Notes under the pieces: model-generated
The model's input: the letters and a program-made list of their open reading frames with translations, nothing else
Database searches by the model: none
Told to the model about the DNA's origin: nothing
Shown here: positions 61,222-64,000 of the stretch, piece by piece
How the letters are laid out: each line of letters opens with the position of its first letter
Position numbering within the stretch: position 1 is the first letter of the stretch
NCBI GenBank assembly: GCA_951406725.2
Contig: OX597827.1
Span: forward strand, 37,944,001 to 38,008,000
Length of the DNA: 64,000 nt
Direction: 5' to 3'
Origin: Octopus vulgaris
Taxonomy: Eukaryota
Made by a program: the position numbers and the translations under genes

Positions 61222-61584
61222 GGTTTGTTTAAAGAAGTCTCGCCCTAGTATGTGATGTGTTTTTTATTTTCCCTTGGCGAAGGAGTAATTATCGTAATGC
61301 ACCTTCGTGCATTAAATATGGTAATGAACCCCTGGAATGGCCATAGGGAATGTAAATATGGTTTCTTCTTTTTTGCTTGGACACTGTCTTTTCATAATAG
61401 GTCTTCCCCTTATCTTAAAAAATAATTTTTAATTGAAAAAATTTCTAAACGATGAACTTTTATCTTACCATATATATTATATAAGTATATATATATGTGT
61501 ATATATATATGTGTGTATATATATATATGTGCACACACACACACACTCATGTGTATTTTACTGTCTTGAGAGGATCGTTACACC

Positions 61585-61634
<50 letters not shown>

Positions 61635-61899
61635 GTTCAATGCCACTTCTCATACAATGTAAAGATGAACATAGTAATAGTGGACTTATGATAATGAACA
61701 ATATGTCTCTTCTGTGTGAACTATATGAAATAAAGAGACATGCATAGGACTTCATGCACTGCATGCAGTTCTCTAGAAAGAAATTAGATATAAGGATGCC
61801 AGTGGAACCTGCCCTAGACATTGGGGCAAACATTGGAGCAAAATACAGAGGATTTGTGACTGAGCAAACACTTGGTATAAAGCAGATGAATATCAAGGA

Positions 61900-62330
61900 G
61901 TGATGTTTGTAGAGGTTGTGCTGCATTAGAAGTTAGCCCATAGGTTTAGAAAGGCCCTGAAGAACACCAAACTCAATGTTAAGATTGTTGAGAAACTAGT
62001 GAGATCCACAATTATGAAAGATGTGCCCCTTTGATAAGATCACATGCACTGATAAGAACTGTAGTTTATACTTTTAACTCCACTATTAACTGTAAGACCA
62101 GGAATGTGGTCTGCAGCATAAAACGCATGGAGATGGTGTACAAGATACATTTGGAGAGAGGAAATGGACACTGGTGGAAGTATGACAGGAGACAGCCATC
62201 TATACTCTATCAATATGGTGGCATGGTTGACTGAATTAACATTGATATTTTGTCTAAACATCCAAGAGACCCTTTGATTAGACAAATACATTAGAATATC
62301 CTCATAAACAAAACATTACCAATACTGAAT
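61900..62330 (+). mobile_element. Decayed Penelope-like GIY-YIG endonuclease remnant
   Basis: YTFNSTINCKTRNVVCSIK resembles the CxxxNVVYxIxC start of PLE GIY-YIG domains; ends in a PILN-like motif. Confidence 0.5.
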
Positions 62331-62614
62331 AGAAAATACAGATAATAGGTTGTAGAAATTCAACGTTACTATTACCACTCATGTAATATGCATACATGGG
62401 TGTGTCCATGTGGGTGGATTGGTAGGCATGTGTATGATGATATAGGCAGGTATAAAAAAGGTTGGGGTAGAATAACAGTAGAATGCAAGTAAACCCATAC
62501 AAATAGATACATGTAAGTATGCACAATTGCACATGTATAGGCATGGGTAAGTATAGATAATGTAGGAAATATGACAGAAGGCTATCAGGGAATGCATACA
62601 AATAAATACATATA

Positions 62615-62995
62615 GGCGTAGGAGTGGCTGTGTGGTAAGTAGCTTGCCTACGAACCACATGGTTCCGGCTTCGGTCCCACTGCGTGGCACCTTAGGCAAG
62701 TGTCTCCTGCTATAGCCTCAGGCTGACCAAAGCCTTGTGAGTGGATTTGGTAGATGGAAACTGAAAGAAGCCTGTCGTATATATGTATATATATATGTCT
62801 GTGTTTGTCCCCCCAACATCGCTTGATAACTGATGCTGGTGTGTTTATGTCCCCATAACTTAGCGGTTCGGCAAATGAGAATGATAGAATAAGTACTAGT
62901 CTTACAAAGAATAAGTTCTGGGGGTCGATTTGCTCGACTAAAGGTGATGCTCCAGCATGGCCGCAGTCAAATGACTGAAACAAAAGAGTAAAGAG
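62615..62995 (+). mobile_element. Full-length tRNA-derived SINE
   Basis: tRNA-like head (TGGCTGTGTGG, TTCGGTCCC), conserved body, internal TA tract, tail ccagcatggccgcagtcaaatgactgaaac. Confidence 0.9.
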
Positions 62996-64000
62996 TATAT
63001 AGGTGTGAACAATGCCTATACACAACCATACACATGCACACATAAACACACAGAGGAACACAACCACACACATACATGCAAGCATACACACAGATTCTTG
63101 CTTATTTAAAAGAACTGCCAGATATGCACACACACATGCTGGAATACACTCAGATAATACACACATACACACATACATACTCACTGAACTGACTAAACCA
63201 CACAAATATGCATGCTAGACCACACACTTGTGCACGATCAGATGCTCACACGTACATCATCCCTGTTCTCCCCTCCCCCTCCCTACATAAAGAGCTACAC
63301 TTCTTCACTAATGGGATCCAAACACTGCAATGTTGATGGAAGAAGTGTGTGGACCACAAGAAGGACTATGTTGAAAAATAAATCCCATTTGATCACATTC
63401 CATGAGAGTTTTTTGGTTAGCCAAAGAACTTTTCAACTGGTCCTTGGGATCAGTGTTACTGCAGTAAAATAGATTTATTTTGACCAAACATGCAATATTA
63501 GTTATATCACTCTAGGTACTGAGTTCAAATCACACTGGAAATGTCTTGGCTTTTTGTTTTTATAGAATCGGTAAAATAAACGGAAGACATATATTGAAGT
63601 TTATTGAAGCCAGTGTCCTCCCTCAAAATAGGTGGTATTGTGCTAGCAAGCTGGCAGAATCGTTATTGTGGCAGACAAAATGCTTAGCTGTGTTTTTTCC
63701 AGTTTTATGTTTTGAGTTCAAATGTTGCTATAGTTGATAGTGCTTTCATCTAAATCATTAAATGACTACCAGTTGAGGATTGGAGTTGATGTAATTGACT
63801 AGCCCCCTCTCCTAAAAATATTTCAGGCCTAGTACCGTTAGTAGAAAGAATCATTATGACTCTCTAATTCCATATAATTAAGTGGCTTCTCAAGTAGGCC
63901 TCTTAAAATGTCAGATTACTAATCCAACTTGTTTGATTTTCCAACAATCATCAAGTGTTCTTGGTTTGCTAAACTAGAACCTGATTGATTATGCCAGTGG

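Overview
AT-rich, repeat-dense animal genomic DNA. Its SINE, RTE and Penelope families and microsatellites are most consistent with an octopod cephalopod (inference). By translating across splice sites by hand I find parts of three spliced housekeeping genes that the ORF track misses: RNase H1 exons 2-8 (+, 2294-12785, catalytic residues intact), the last four exons of COMMD4 (-, 19232-24939, first acceptor reads AT) and the last three exons of MRPL9 (+, 30063-32469). An RNase H1 first coding exon then appears again at 46837-46982. This order is most simply a tandem duplication of an MRPL9(3')-RNASEH1-COMMD4(3') block with its junction at or near the long RTE LINE at about 25.5-29.4 kb; an assembly or haplotype artefact is the alternative. 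The rest is mobile DNA: RTE LINEs with a PHD finger inside the RT, CR1, R4/Dong and mariner remnants, a Gypsy element nested in a related Gypsy element, a composite Helitron, a piggyBac-type element, fold-back MITEs and SINEs. The most unusual non-coding signal is a set of type I hammerhead ribozyme motifs. Four sit in a 565-bp tandem-plus-inverted ORF-less array (55.1-57.2 kb, retrozyme or Penelope-pLTR-like), one well-formed copy is at 50384-50434, and a decayed one is near 6.5 kb. The first two families share a U.U pair at the base of stem II. Exon, LTR, TSD and ribozyme coordinates were counted by hand; ends of decayed repeats are approximate.
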